From Tieghemostelium lacteum (taxonomy: Eukaryota): a stretch of DNA of 64,000 nucleotides. Location of the stretch: the NCBI GenBank assembly GCA_001606155.1, contig LODT01000035.1, positions 420,658 to 484,657 on the forward strand, in the 5' to 3' direction. Numbering within the stretch: position 1 is the stretch's first letter; each line of letters begins with the position of its first letter. The translations under genes were made by a program, and so were the position numbers. The notes beneath the pieces were generated by a model, which was not told where the DNA came from, did no database searches, and saw nothing but the letters and a program-made list of their open reading frames with translations. Positions 1 through 12,289 of the stretch are shown one piece after another.

Positions 1-41
1 GTGAACTCAAACTCTCTACCCAACTACTATCACTCCTCCTA

Positions 42-2484
42 GAATCTCTAGAATCTATTAAAACTCAACCCCATGAAAAACAAAAGAGACTATTCAATGC
101 TGCAATGATACTCTTTACCAAAGTCATGACACTCAATGACAATCTATTATCATCTATGACTGCAGATTTCCAAAACAAAGAGACATTTAATTATGACTCT
201 ACATTCTTAATCTCCAATTTCTTTGCACTTCTCCACTATGGTATCATTTTTAAACATCAAGATCAACTATCAATTCTCGAGAAATTCATTGAAGATTTAC
301 AATCTGAACATCTAATTAAACTGTTCCTTAGAAAGCTCTTTAGAATTCTAGAAGGTCTGCTCAACAAGGGTGTATACAGTAATCTATGGCCAACACTTCA
401 ATTGTTCCAACACAATGTAACATTGACTACACTATTAGTCCTATCACCATATTTCTATAAATACATTAATATAGTGACACCAAATCTTCCAACTCCACCA
501 AGTGGTATAATGAATATCAATGGTAGTTCAAGTAGTTTCAGTTTATCCTCATCATCTGGTAGTAACATTGATATTGACAGTTGGAATACCATTTTTAATC
601 TTCACTTTTCATTCCTAACCTCACAAACCATGAAAACACCAAATAACAGAATTCACAGATTAAAATACATTAAAAAGCATCTCCATTGTATTTTAGTAAA
701 AGTATTAAACAGTATAAGACATGCATGGGACCAACTAAAATCTTATCAATCTCAATATATTCAATATATACTCCCTAATCTATTATATTCATTATTAGTA
801 AGTATACCTATCTAAACCTCATAAAATCCCCTCTAACCAAATTACATTTTTAAAATTATAGAATGGTAATGATATAATTTATGAATTTATTCAAGATTTA
901 TTCTTGGTAGTTATAAAGAAGGAGTACCAGGAGAGTAGAAGTCTAAAGAGAATTGAAAGTAGAGCCATTGAAATTCTAGATAAAATTGTAATTAGAGAGA
1001 GAATTTCTGATGAAGAGATTTTCAAATCATTTTTCAAGAATAGACTGTTTAAATCACTGGTGGAGAGCAAGAATGAGATTAATGAACGTGATTCCAATGG
1101 TTTTACTAATAATATAATTCAATTGCTGTCTCTGTTATTTGATTTCAGAACTCTACCAACTGATAGAGCTTTTGAAGAAGAACGTACTATTGCAACTTTA
1201 AAGATGATGGAATACTTTAAAGACAGAAAGGATACCTATATAAAGTATCTCCATGAACTTTTGAATCAACACATGACCAATGGATACTACACAGAAGCTG
1301 GTTTCACATTTTTACTACATTCTGATCTCTATGAATGGTCTGATCTGATGGTACCCATCTACTCATTTATGATGACTCCACAAGCTGGTTCTCAACCTCA
1401 ATCTGTAACCATGCCACAAGAGACTCAAACTGATCGTAAGATTCGTTTGATTAAATTTGCAATTCAGTATCTTGATAAAGGACAAGTTTGGGAGAAATGT
1501 ATATCCCTCATTCAAGACCTTCGTGTACAATATGAACTACAGTACAATTTCAAAGCTCTTGCTGAAATTTCATTCCAAGAAGCTGAATTTTATGAAAAGA
1601 TTTTGAATACTGAAAGATTCTTTGCTGAGTACTTTAGAGTTGGTTACTATGGAAAGAAATTCCCAGTCACCATTCAAGGTAAAGAATTCCTCTATCGTGG
1701 ATTTGAATTGGAAAGACTCTCGGATTTCTCTCAAAGAATTCTTGCAAAATTCCCAAATGCAGAATTACTTAAAAGTACTAGTGAACCTACTGCTGAAATT
1801 CAGAATTCTGATGGTCAATATCTACTGATTACTATAGTCACCCCAAGTTGCCATGAAGAAATGGAGAAGAAACAAAAACAATTTATTGAGGGTACTCCAA
1901 CTAATAGTAAAAACTATTTGAAGAAGAATGATGTGAATCTATTTGTCTATTCCAAACCATTTGAAATGGCATCTGAAGGATCTTCCATAAGTAAGGATCC
2001 AAATAATAAATTTGGAAGCCTATGGATAAAGAACCATTTCTTGTTCACTGAAAGTTCTTTCCCAACTATTCACAGACGTTCTGAAGTCATTAAAAAGAGT
2101 CAAGTAGATTTATCGCCTTTAGAAAATGCAATCAATTCAGTTTCTCAAAAGAATGAAGAATTAGATGAAATGGTTAAGAAATATGAAAGATCACCACAAC
2201 TCAATCTCAATCCACTTGCAATGGCACTCAATGGTAGTATTGATGCTGCTGTTAATGGTGGTGTTTCATTATACAAAGATGCATTTTTTACCACTGTTAC
2301 AACCAATAAGAATACCTTAGACTTCCGTCTGAAATTAGTTAACGAATTGAAAAAACAAGTTGATATTTTAGGCAAAGGTTTACATATTCACTCACAAAGA
2401 TGTCCTGAAGAACTTAGAGGTCTTCATGAGAAACTAGAATCATTTTTCCCCAAATTCAAATCCCAAGTTTTATCGCTATCATAA
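42..2484 (+). CDS. DOCK-family Rac/Cdc42 GEF, C-terminal part (DHR-2 region), 5'-partial: the gene continues upstream of the window. Exons about 42..797 and 862..2484.
   Basis: ORFs 105..815 and 904..2484 sit in one gene. A GTAAGT donor lies at 798 and a ttatAG acceptor ends at 861, both phase 0. The segment RFFAEYFRVGYYGKKFPVTIQGKEFLYRGFELERLSDFSQRILAKFPNAELL matches the conserved C-lobe of the DOCK DHR-2 catalytic domain. The frame is open from position 42, so the gene is truncated at the window edge. Confidence 0.6.
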
Positions 2485-2574
2485 CCCAACAAAAACCACT
2501 CAAAAACTAAAAATAATATTTAATAAAAAAAAGATATAGAAAATGTATTAATAGATATTTTAATTAATCTAGAC

Positions 2575-4047
2575 TTAATTTATTGGATGGTGACTAAGAA
2601 TAGTTATTAAATGTTTGATGGTAGTTGGAGGGAAATATTGTTTTGTATCCCAGAGTTCGAGTAATGTTGATATTAATTTTTTATCTTGATTTGAATCTAA
2701 ACTAAAATAGGCAATTATAGTCTTGAGATGTGGTTCCAATTCGATTGCTATAAAATCTAGTTGATCAAAGACACCTCTTCTTGTGAACCCAAAATAGATA
2801 ATATCATTTAACAAATACACAACATTTAATTTCACCTTAAATTGGTCTTTATGTTGATCCAAAAATATGATAATCAGACCAATGATGGAACTAAGTGATC
2901 TTATATGCAATAGAATCCAATCTTTAGCCTCTCGAATTGAGTCTTTACTAGGTTTCAAATTCTCCATCAAATAATTAAATTGTAGAGTTTCATCCTGACT
3001 TAGAAGTTCAGAGCTACTAAGTCCAGGTACTAGAATACTAGATTGATAGGCACTCTTTTGTTGTTGTAGCTGTTGTTGCAATTGATAATAATTTACAGGT
3101 TGTGGTGTTGGTAATAATCCATTACCTTGTGAAGGTGTTGAAGGTGGTTGATTCGATGGTTCTTGAATATCTCTTTGAGAGTCTCTAACTCTATTTTCAG
3201 GTACCTGTGGTATAGGTAAATGATAAAACTGTGATGATGGATGATAATAATGTGACCTATCATGTTTAAATGGTTGTGTAGGACCTTCTCTCTTATCATA
3301 TTGAATCTTATATTTCCAAGCTAATTCTCTTTTAGCTACAACTGCAGATTCAACTTTTATAAACTTTACAAAAGCATGATTCTTTTGTGATATAATAATC
3401 TCTTCAATTGGACCATATTTTGAAAATCTATTCCTCAAATCTTCTGTTGACTCATTACCAATTTGTAACAAGAACAATTTTCTATTTACAAAAGGATCGT
3501 CATCCCCTAAATCACCAACTTGAGTTGCTGCTGTTGTACTTGTTGTTGAGGGTGGTTGTTGTGTAGGTGGAGGTGGTTGAGGTGGTTGTTGTGTAGGTGG
3601 AGGTGGTGGAGGAGGGGGTGAATGTATACCACCATGATGTATAGATGGTGACTGTTGTAAAGGTGGAGGTGGTGGAGGTGGTTGTGGTTGATGTAACTTT
3701 GGTTGTCTAGTGTGTTGAGTAGCTTTTGAAAAACTCTTTTCAGTTGCAATTTGTACTTTAATTACATGTCCTCGAAATGAAATACCATTGGTATTTCTAA
3801 CTGCAATACTAGCTGATTTTGGATGTTCATAAGTAACAAAAGCACAATGATCTGATATTTTAATCTTTTCAATAGCTCCAAATGATTTGAATAGATTAAA
3901 TAGTTCAGCTTCTTTTGTATCTATAGGTGTACCTCCAATCCAAACTGTATAAATATCTCTAGGTATATATTTTTTTTCTTGTGATTGTCCATTAGCACTA
4001 TATTCACTAGATGGTGGTGGTGGAGGAGGAGGTTGATCAATATTCAT
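2575..4047 (-). CDS. RNA-binding protein with two RRM-like domains, Pro/Gln-rich linker and a C-terminal CID (RPR, Pol II CTD-interacting) domain. SCAF/Nrd1-like but with reversed domain order.
   Basis: A 490-aa uninterrupted ORF starts at the ATG at 4047. An RNP-type RRM is present (YTVWIGGTPIDTKEAELFNLFKSFGAIEKIKI...HVIKVQIA), followed by a second RRM-like block (KLFLLQIG...HAFVKFIKVESAVVAKRE). The C-terminal about 130 aa carry the CID signature (KVKLNVVYLLNDIIYFG ... LLELWDTKQYF). An internal 39-bp tandem duplication lies at about 3560-3640. Confidence 0.65.
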   Translation of the reverse strand: MNIDQPPPPPPPSSEYSANGQSQEKKYIPRDIYTVWIGGTPIDTKEAELFNLFKSFGAIEKIKISDHCAFVTYEHPKSASIAVRNTNGISFRGHVIKVQIATEKSFSKATQHTRQPKLHQPQPPPPPPPLQQSPSIHHGGIHSPPPPPPPPTQQPPQPPPPTQQPPSTTSTTAATQVGDLGDDDPFVNRKLFLLQIGNESTEDLRNRFSKYGPIEEIIISQKNHAFVKFIKVESAVVAKRELAWKYKIQYDKREGPTQPFKHDRSHYYHPSSQFYHLPIPQVPENRVRDSQRDIQEPSNQPPSTPSQGNGLLPTPQPVNYYQLQQQLQQQKSAYQSSILVPGLSSSELLSQDETLQFNYLMENLKPSKDSIREAKDWILLHIRSLSSIIGLIIIFLDQHKDQFKVKLNVVYLLNDIIYFGFTRRGVFDQLDFIAIELEPHLKTIIAYFSLDSNQDKKLISTLLELWDTKQYFPPTTIKHLITILSHHPIN

Positions 4048-4315
4048 TATTTCCTCTTCTCTATGTTTTTGTAATTTTTGAACTTCTCAAAGAACCGTTG
4101 AGGGTTTTTTGAAAAAAATGAAAAAAATGAAATTTTTATCGATTTTCATTATTCAAACTTATTTGATTAGTAAATATATTTATCCCATTGTTGAAATTTC
4201 AAAAGTGATTTGTTGTTGACAATAAGAAAAATTAAAAATGTCAGAACAATTAGCTAGAAGTAAACAATTTGAATATAAAGCTGTAAATATTTTTTAGCTA
4301 TTTATAAATAGAATA

Positions 4316-7300
4316 ATGACAGAAACTCAAGGTAAAAAGAAACAGTATATTAACAATTATCATAATGAACAATTACAAAAAAAGAATTCCAATCTAGTTA
4401 TACATTCAGAGAGGAATTATCAAGAGTTAAGAGAACCTAAAGGTGAAGCTGAATCATTATGGGGTAAATTAAAAGGTAATATGGGTGACAGAATTTCATT
4501 TGCCAAACCCAATGATTTAGTAGATGCTCAAAAAAAGAGAAAGACAATGGATAACAGTGGAATAGATAAAAAAACAGGGTCAAAGGTAGAGAAGGATATC
4601 TTTAAAAAATCCAAACACAGTCATTTGGATGTTTTAGCGGCAACTGATAGATATGAGGGGTTGTATAGACCAAAGACCAATGAGACTAAAATCATCTATG
4701 AAAAGATTCTGACATTTATTCAGAGTTTTATTGGTGACCATCCACAAGAGATTCTTAAAGGTGCTGCAGATGAGATTATATCAATTCTAAAAGATGATGC
4801 ATTAAAAGTAAATACTCAAAAGAGTGAGATTTCTAAACTTTTAAAAGGAATGACAGAAGAACGTTTTTCAGATTTAGTTAGAATGGGTAAATTGATTACA
4901 GATTTTCAAGATTCAACTAAATCTGAAAACACTAGTGGTAATACTATGAATTCTCTAGATGACAATCAAGGTGTTGCTGTTATTATCGATGAGGAAGATG
5001 AAGAAGATCAAGATTCACAGGTATATGAAATTAAGAATCTTAATAGTGACGATGAGGAGGACGATGAAAATCGTAACAATGAAGATCAAGATGAAATAGA
5101 GGATAAGGAAGGAAGTAAAATTAAAAAAACCAGTTCAATGGATTCTGATGATTCAGATTCCGATCAAGAAGATACTAAATCACGTGTTAGTAGACTACAT
5201 AATCTCACCAAAGATCAAGTGAATCCGTTGGAAATTGATTCCTTTTGGATTCAAAGAAAAATCTCACAATTTGAAAGTGACCCATTAGTCTCACAAAGAC
5301 TTTCTGATAAGGTACTGGATATCCTAAAACTAACTGATACCAGAAAATGTGAAAATGAATTAGTAGACCTTCTAGATATCACAAAATTTGATTTTATCAA
5401 ATTATTATTAAATAACAAATTAACTAGTAAGTACTATAATCCTATAATTCTACTTATGATTATAATCAATTACTAACTATTTCACTTAAATTACTAGTAT
5501 TATATTGTACATTATTAGCAAAATCAGAAAATGAAATGGAAAGAAAGAAATTGGAATCTGAAATGTCAAATAATCCAATTTTGATACCAATTTTGGCAAA
5601 ATTAAAGGGTGAAAAAACTGCTAAAATTAGTGGTGCTAATAGTAATGTTGATAAAAAGAAATCAAATAATAATAATGATGTGGTGATGACTAGTAGTACT
5701 AATCAGAAAATGAATAATAAGAAGATATTGAATTTGGATGAATTGACATTTCAACAAGGATCACATTTGATGACAAATAAGGAATTTAAATTCCCAAAAG
5801 GCTCTGTGAGAGAACAATATAAGGGTTATGAAGAAGTATTAGTACCTGCAAAGAAAAATCCACCATTTACAAATGAAGAGAGATTAGTTGATATTGAAGA
5901 AATGCCTGAATGGGCTAGATTGGCATTCGAAGGTGTAAAGAGTCTCAATAGAGTACAATCGAGACTCTATGAATGGGCATTTAAAACTAATGATAATTTA
6001 CTACTATCTGCTCCTACTTCAGCTGGTAAGACTAATGTTGCAATGTTGACTATTCTCCATGAAATTGGGTTACATATGCACGATGGTCAATTGGATTTAG
6101 ATAGCTTTAAGATTGTCTATATCGCACCTATGAAATCTCTGGTACAGGAAGTTGTCAGTAACTTTGGAAATCGTTTGAAACCCTATGGAATTGTGGTAAA
6201 TGAACTTACAGGTGACCAATCACTATCGAATAAACAAATCTCTGAAACTCAAATCATAGTTACAACTCCAGAGAAATGGGATATTATCACTAGAAAATCT
6301 GGTGATCGTGCTTATACTCAATTGGTAAAACTCATTATTATTGATGAAATTCATTTACTACATGATGAACGTGGTCCTATTCTAGAATGTATAGTTGCTA
6401 GAACTCTTAGAATGATAGAGTCAACTCAAGAGATGATTAGATTAGTTGGTTTAAGTGCTACTTTACCAAACTATGAAGATGTTGGTATATTCCTTAGAGT
6501 TAAAGAAGGTGGTGTGTTTTACTTTGATCAATCCTATCGTCCAATTCCTTTGCAACAGCAGTATATTGGCATATCAGATCGTGGTGTAAAGCAACTTCAG
6601 TTACTAAACGAGATTACCTATAATAAGGTTTCAGAGAGAGTTGGTGAACATCAGATTCTGGTGTTTGTACACTCAAGAAGAGAGACTGCAAAGACTGGTA
6701 AAGATATAAGAGATCGTGCTATTGAAGCTGATATCATTGGTAAATTTGTAAAGAAACTATCTACTAAAGAAGTACTGAGATCCGAAGCTGAAAAACATGC
6801 AAAAAGTCAAGATCTAAAGGATCTGTTGCCATATGGTATTGGTATACATCATGCTGGTATGACAAGAACTGATCGTACATTAGTTGAAGAACTTTTTGGT
6901 GATAAACATATTCAAGTATTGATTAGCACAAGTACTTTAGCATGGGGTGTAAATCTTCCAGCTCATACTGTAATTATTAAAGGTACTCAAGTATATCAAC
7001 CTGATAAAGGGTGGACTGAACTAAGTCCTTTAGATGTCACTCAAATGCTTGGTAGAGCTGGTAGACCTTCGTTTGACAATGAGGGTGAAGGTATAGTCAT
7101 CACCAGTCAAAAAGAACTTCAATTCTATCTCTCACTTACCAATACTCAATTATCAATTGAATCACAGTTTATCAGTCGTCTACCTGACAATTTAAATGCT
7201 GAGATTGTCTTGGGTACTATCCAAACACTTACTGATGCAGTTCATTGGTTGGGATATACCTATTTATATATCTGTATGCTACGAAATCCAACTTTATATG

Positions 7301-10300
7301 AAATCTCATTCGACGAGATACAAAATGACCCTAGACTAGAACAAAGAAGAATAGATTTAGTGCACAGTGCTGCTATAATCTTAGAAAAGAATGGACTAAT
7401 TAAATACGATAGAAAATCTGGAAAATTCCAAACTACAGATTTAGGTAAAGTCGCAAGTCACTACTATATAACTAGCCAAAGTATGTCTATATACAATGAA
7501 CATTTACGTCCAACAATGAATGAAATTGAATTCTTTAGATTGTTTTCCATGTCTTCTGAATTCAAAAATGTCTCAGTTAGAGATGGTGAGAAATTTGAAT
7601 TGGAAAAACTTCTTGAACGTGTACCAATTCCAGTGAAAGAGACAATAGATGAGCCATCTTCAAAAATCAATGTACTCTTACAGACTTATATCACAGATAT
7701 CAAATTGGATGGGTTTGCATTGGTTGTTGATATGTTTTATATTGCACAATCTGCTAGTAGAATTTGTCGTGCTCTCTTTGAGATGGTACTCAAAAAGGGA
7801 TGGGCTCAATTGGCTAGAAAGATTCTTACAGTTTGCAAAATGGTTGATAGAAAGATGTGGGCTTCTCAGTCCCCACTTAGACAATTCCCTGAAATCTCTC
7901 AAAAGATTCTCAATCAACTTGAGAGAAGAGGTATTCCAATTGAAGATCTATTTGATTTCACTCAACAACAATTAGGATCTGCTATTCAGAATAACGATGA
8001 GGGTAAGAAATTGCACAAGTTAATTCACAATTTCCCTCGTTTGGCTCTAACTGCTCATGTTCAACCAATTCTAAAGAATTTGTTAAAAGTTGAGTTAACT
8101 TTACAACCAGAGTTTAACTATGACAAGAAATACCATGATTCTTGTATAGGATGGTGGATAATTGTAGAAGATGTCGATGGTGAACGTATACTCTATTATG
8201 AGTACTTTAATCTCAAGGAGAGAATGATGGAGGATGAACATTTAATTACATTTACAGTACCTCTAACTGAACCCTTACCACCTCAATACTATGTCAGAGT
8301 AGTAGCTGATCGTTGGTTATCTGCAGAATATAACCTCAGTATAAGTTTCAGACATCTAATTCTACCTGATAAATACCCACCTTGTAGATCTCTTTTGGAT
8401 TTACAACCTATGCACATTCGTTCTCTAGAAGATGATCCAAAAGCTCAAAGACTCTTCCAAGACCAATTCAAAGTCTTCAACTCTATCCAGACACAATGTT
8501 TCAACACCCTATATAACAGTGACGACAATACCCTTATTGCAGCCCCAACTAACAGTGGTAAAACAGTTTGTGCTGAATTGGCTCTTTTAAGACTCTTCAA
8601 GCAAAATCCATCTGCAAAAGCAGTCTATTTAGCACCAGTTGCCGATTTGGCATCACTAAGATTCCGTGATTGGTTTATTAAATTTGGTAAAACCTATAGT
8701 GATGGTAAACTAATTGTCTCTGAATTGACTGGTGATTCCATGACTGATAATAAGATTTTAGAGAGATCCAATTTGATTGTTACAACTTGTGAGAAATGGG
8801 ATATTTTATCTAGACGTTGGAAACAGAGAAAAGCAATTCAATCCATTCGTTTGTTGATTGTAGATGAAATGCATTTGATTGGTGGTACTTATGGACCTGT
8901 TTTAGAGGTTGTTGTATCTCGTATGCGTTATATAACCAAACAAACTCAATCACCTATTCGTATAGTTGCACTCTCCAGTTCCATTGCCAATGCACGTGAT
9001 ATTGTAATGTGGATAGGTGCCACTGCTAATACCTGTTATAATTTCCATCCAAACGTCAGACCTATTCAATTAGAGGTTGCCATACAGGGTTTTGACTATC
9101 CCCATTTCAATGCCAGAATGTTAGCAATGACTAAACCTGCCATCTACGAAGTCTCAAGAAACAAGAATGCACAATCTATAATATTTGTACCAAACAAGAA
9201 ACTCTCTAGATCTCTAGCTAGAGATCTAATTGCTTTTGTAGACTCCGAAGAAGACCTTAATCGTAAACCTTATTTAGTATGCTCTGAGGAAATCCTTCAA
9301 AAAGAACTGCAAAAAATTGAGTCTGTTGCACTTAGACAGTCACTTGAGTGGGGTATTGCATTCTATCACGAAGGTCTTACTGAAGTTGAAAGAAGAACAG
9401 TTGAAAATCTCTTTAGATCCGGTGCTATACGTGTACTGATTGCAACTCATTCTGTCTGTTGGTCATTGGATGTCTATGCACAGTTGGTTGTTATCATGGG
9501 TACTCAAGTCTACCAAGGTAAACAAATACGTTATGTAGACTACCCAATCAATGATGTTCTACAAATGATTGGTCGTGCTGGAAACCAACAAAACCATAAC
9601 GAAAAGACTGCCAAATGTCTATTGTTATGTCACCAACCTAAAAAAGACTATTACAAGATGTTTTTGAATGAACCTCTACCTGTGGAATCTCATTTAGACC
9701 ATTGTCTACATGACCACTTTAATTCAGAAATTGTCACCAAAACCATCACCAAAAAACAAGATGCTCTTGATTACCTTACATGGACATTCTATTACCGTAG
9801 ATTAAACCAGAATCCAAATTACTATAATCTAACAGGTACCTCAAATATTCATTTATCAGAGTATCTCTCTGAATTGGTTGAAAATACTCTACTGGATTTA
9901 GAACGTTCTAATTGTGTCTCAATAGTCGACGATGATAAACTCTCACCATTAAATCTAGGGTTCATTGCAAGCTACTATTATCTCAAGTACCAAACCATCG
10001 AACTCTTTGGTACCTCACTTAAGAGTAAGACTAATCGTAAAGGTATATTAGAGATCTTGTCTACAGCCCCTGAATTTGAACAAATACCAATTCGTCATAG
10101 AGAAGAACAAATGATTCAAAAAATGGCAGCTCATTTACCTCTAAAGATTGATGCACCAAATTATGCAGAGGTTAATACTAAAGTTAATGTACTGTTACAA
10201 GCCTTCTTCTCAAGATCACCAATATCAGCTGACTTGTATCTCGATCAAAAGTTTATTTTGGAACAGTCCACTAGACTTTTACAGGCAATGGTTGATGTCA

Positions 10301-10968
10301 TTTCAAGTAGCAGTTGGTTATCACCTGCTATAGCCACTATGGAACTCTCTCAAATGTGTACCCAGGCACTGTGGGATAATGACAGTCCACTAGTACAATT
10401 ACCTCACATGACTAGTGAACGTATTAAGAAACTTAATCAATCTGAGATTGAGTCGGTATTTGATGTCATTTCAGTTGAAGAACAGTCTTTAGTTAAATTA
10501 TTGAAACTTACTAAAGAGGAACTACAAGATATTCAAGAAGCAACTAGCAAGTATCCAGATGTTAATGTAAGTTACCAAGTACAAGATGAAGAGGACCTAC
10601 ATTCTGGTGACCAAATTACACTTGAAGTCGTATTAGAAAGAGGTGAAAATCAGAGTGTAGAATCACAAGATGTACTAGTCCATGCACCATTTTATCCAAA
10701 AGAAAAGATTGAGTCTTGGTGGGTACTTGTCGGTGACCAAAAGAATAACCAATTATTAGCAATCAAAAGAATTGCCTTTTCACAAAAAACTAAAGTTAAA
10801 TTAGAATTCCAAGCACCATCAGTAGGTCAACATGATTTCACTCTTTATCTAATGTCTGATTCCTACACTGGTTGTGATCAAGAATATGAACTAAATTTAG
10901 ATATTAAACAAGCTACCATGGATGAAGATGACGAAGATGAAGATAATGATGATCAAATGCAATCTTAA
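4316..10968 (+). CDS. U5 snRNP 200 kDa helicase Brr2 (SNRNP200 ortholog) with two Ski2-like helicase plus Sec63 cassettes. Exons 4316..5426 and 5519..10968.
   Basis: The N-terminal exon aligns along its length to the Brr2 N-terminus (e.g. YRPKTNETKIIYEKILTFIQ, ECENELVDLLDITKFDFIKLL). A GTAAGT donor at 5427 and an AG acceptor at 5517-5518 restore the frame across FDFIKLLLNNKLT/TKSENEMERKK. Exon 2 has two DExH cassettes (LLLSAPTSAGKTNVAM...DEIHLL; IAAPTNSGKTVCAE...DEMHLIGG) and two Sec63 regions. Collinear with human SNRNP200 over about 2150 aa; ASCC3 lacks this N-terminus. Confidence 0.92.
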
Positions 10969-11087
10969 TTTTAATAAATACATTTGTACTAGTTAAATTC
11001 TGAAAAAAAACAAAGACTTTTTAAAGGGGTGTCATATTATTTTTCATTTTTTAGATTTGGTTGTAAAACCACCATTTTCACATCGTC

Positions 11088-12131
11088 ATGCCAAAAGTAC
11101 ATAGCAATGAATTAAGAGAGTCGATTGTTACAATGTTTAATGAAGGTGCTACTATAACAGAGATAGCAAATGAACTAAATGTTAATAAATCAGTTGTTAG
11201 TAGAATAATGAAACTATTTGATACAACTGGTTCAGTAGAAAAGAAGAAACCGGAATTCAAAACACTAAAAGCCACAACAAAAGATACAATTCATAATTTA
11301 GCTAAAAAAGGTCTCACTTATCATGAGATTATAGAAAAAATGAAATCAATTAATCGTCAACATATATATAAATACATGATTAGAGAAGGTCTACATGAAC
11401 CTACAAAAAGAACTATAATACCTAAAAGATCTAAAAAAACTGTTAGTAAATCACCACTAACTAAAGTACCCAAAACACCAATTATTGAAAGTAATAGTAA
11501 AATCTCAGATAAACCGAGTACTACCTCTACTCCTGATAAATCAACTGATAAATCAGTTTATAAACCGTTAAACCCCAGTTCAGACGAATCAAGTGAGGAT
11601 GAAATATATACTAAACCCACCCCACCACCACCTAGAACAATAATAAGAAATTTAAATTCACCAACTCAAACATTACCAAAACCAAAACCAACCAAATTGT
11701 ACAATGAAACAGAAGATAATATACCAAAACAATCTCCAAATACGAAGAAAAATAATATATTGCATGTAGATAATAATAATAATAATAACAACAACAAAAA
11801 AGAACCCTCAAAAAAAGTAATAAGTAGTAGCGAAAGTAGTAGTAGCGAAAGCAGTAGCAGTGAAAGCAGTAGTAGTGAAAGCAGTAGTAGTGAAAGCAGT
11901 AGTAGTGAAAGCAGTAGTAGTGAAAGCAGTAGTAGCGAAAGTAGTAGTGAAAGTAGTAGTGAAAGTAGTAGTGAAAGCAGTAGTAGTGAAAGCAGTAGTA
12001 GTGAAAGCAGTAGTAGTGAAAGTGATTCTGATTTTAAAAAGAAAAGAAACCTAAATCAAAGATTGGTAATAAATTTAAAGTTGAGAAAACTAAAGATAAA
12101 AAAGGAGGAAAAAGAAAGAACTAAAATATAA
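11088..12131 (+). CDS. Nuclear protein with an N-terminal bipartite helix-turn-helix (transposase/paired-like HTH), Pro/Thr-rich linker, long (SSSE)n acidic serine repeat and basic KKKR tail.
   Basis: 347-aa ORF from the ATG at 11088. Residues 1-110 carry two HTH-like units (ESIVTMFNEGATITEIANELNVNKSVVSRI and KDTIHNLAKKGLTYHEIIEKM) resembling Tc1/pogo/CENP-B-type transposase DNA-binding domains. No DDE catalytic domain or terminal inverted repeats are present. Residues about 245-310 are encoded by a 12-nt coding minisatellite. Confidence 0.5.
   Translation: MPKVHSNELRESIVTMFNEGATITEIANELNVNKSVVSRIMKLFDTTGSVEKKKPEFKTLKATTKDTIHNLAKKGLTYHEIIEKMKSINRQHIYKYMIREGLHEPTKRTIIPKRSKKTVSKSPLTKVPKTPIIESNSKISDKPSTTSTPDKSTDKSVYKPLNPSSDESSEDEIYTKPTPPPPRTIIRNLNSPTQTLPKPKPTKLYNETEDNIPKQSPNTKKNNILHVDNNNNNNNNKKEPSKKVISSSESSSSESSSSESSSSESSSSESSSSESSSSESSSSESSSESSSESSSESSSSESSSSESSSSESDSDFKKKRNLNQRLVINLKLRKLKIKKEEKERTKI
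11824..12024 (+). repeat. Coding 12-nt minisatellite (AGY AGT AGT GAA)n of about 16 units, encoding (SSSE)n.
   Basis: Tandem agtagtagcgaa/agcagtagtgaa units are visible in the sequence. ORF 11860..12054 is the alternative reading frame of the same repeat (KAVVV repeats). Confidence 0.9.
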
Positions 12132-12289
12132 ATAATATAATGGTATTTGGGGAATATCATCACTAATATATGCGAAATCCACATCAAACCAGAACTTCTG
12201 TGTGGAATGAAAAAAAATAAAAAACTTTTTTTGATTTTTTTCTAAATTTTTATTGCACACAGACTCTCAGTAACTAATTTCATCATACA

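Noticed and set aside
891-10333. Numerous 60-110 aa ORFs nested inside or antisense to large genes (e.g. 891..1097, 1622..1828, 2145..2375, 3093..3299, 3507..3749, 7464..7975, 10148..10333)
   Set aside because: All lie within confidently assigned long coding regions on the same or opposite strand. Typical shadow ORFs.
11860-12054. ORF encoding (KAVVV)n on the plus strand
   Set aside because: It is the +1 frame of the (SSSE)n coding minisatellite of the 11088..12131 gene. Repeat units keep any frame open, so this is not an independent gene.
11088-12131. Active Tc1/pogo-like transposon at the HTH gene
   Set aside because: No DDE/D transposase core, no terminal inverted repeats and no TA target duplication flank the ORF. 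Only the DNA-binding module is present, so I call it a possibly domesticated host gene, not a mobile element.
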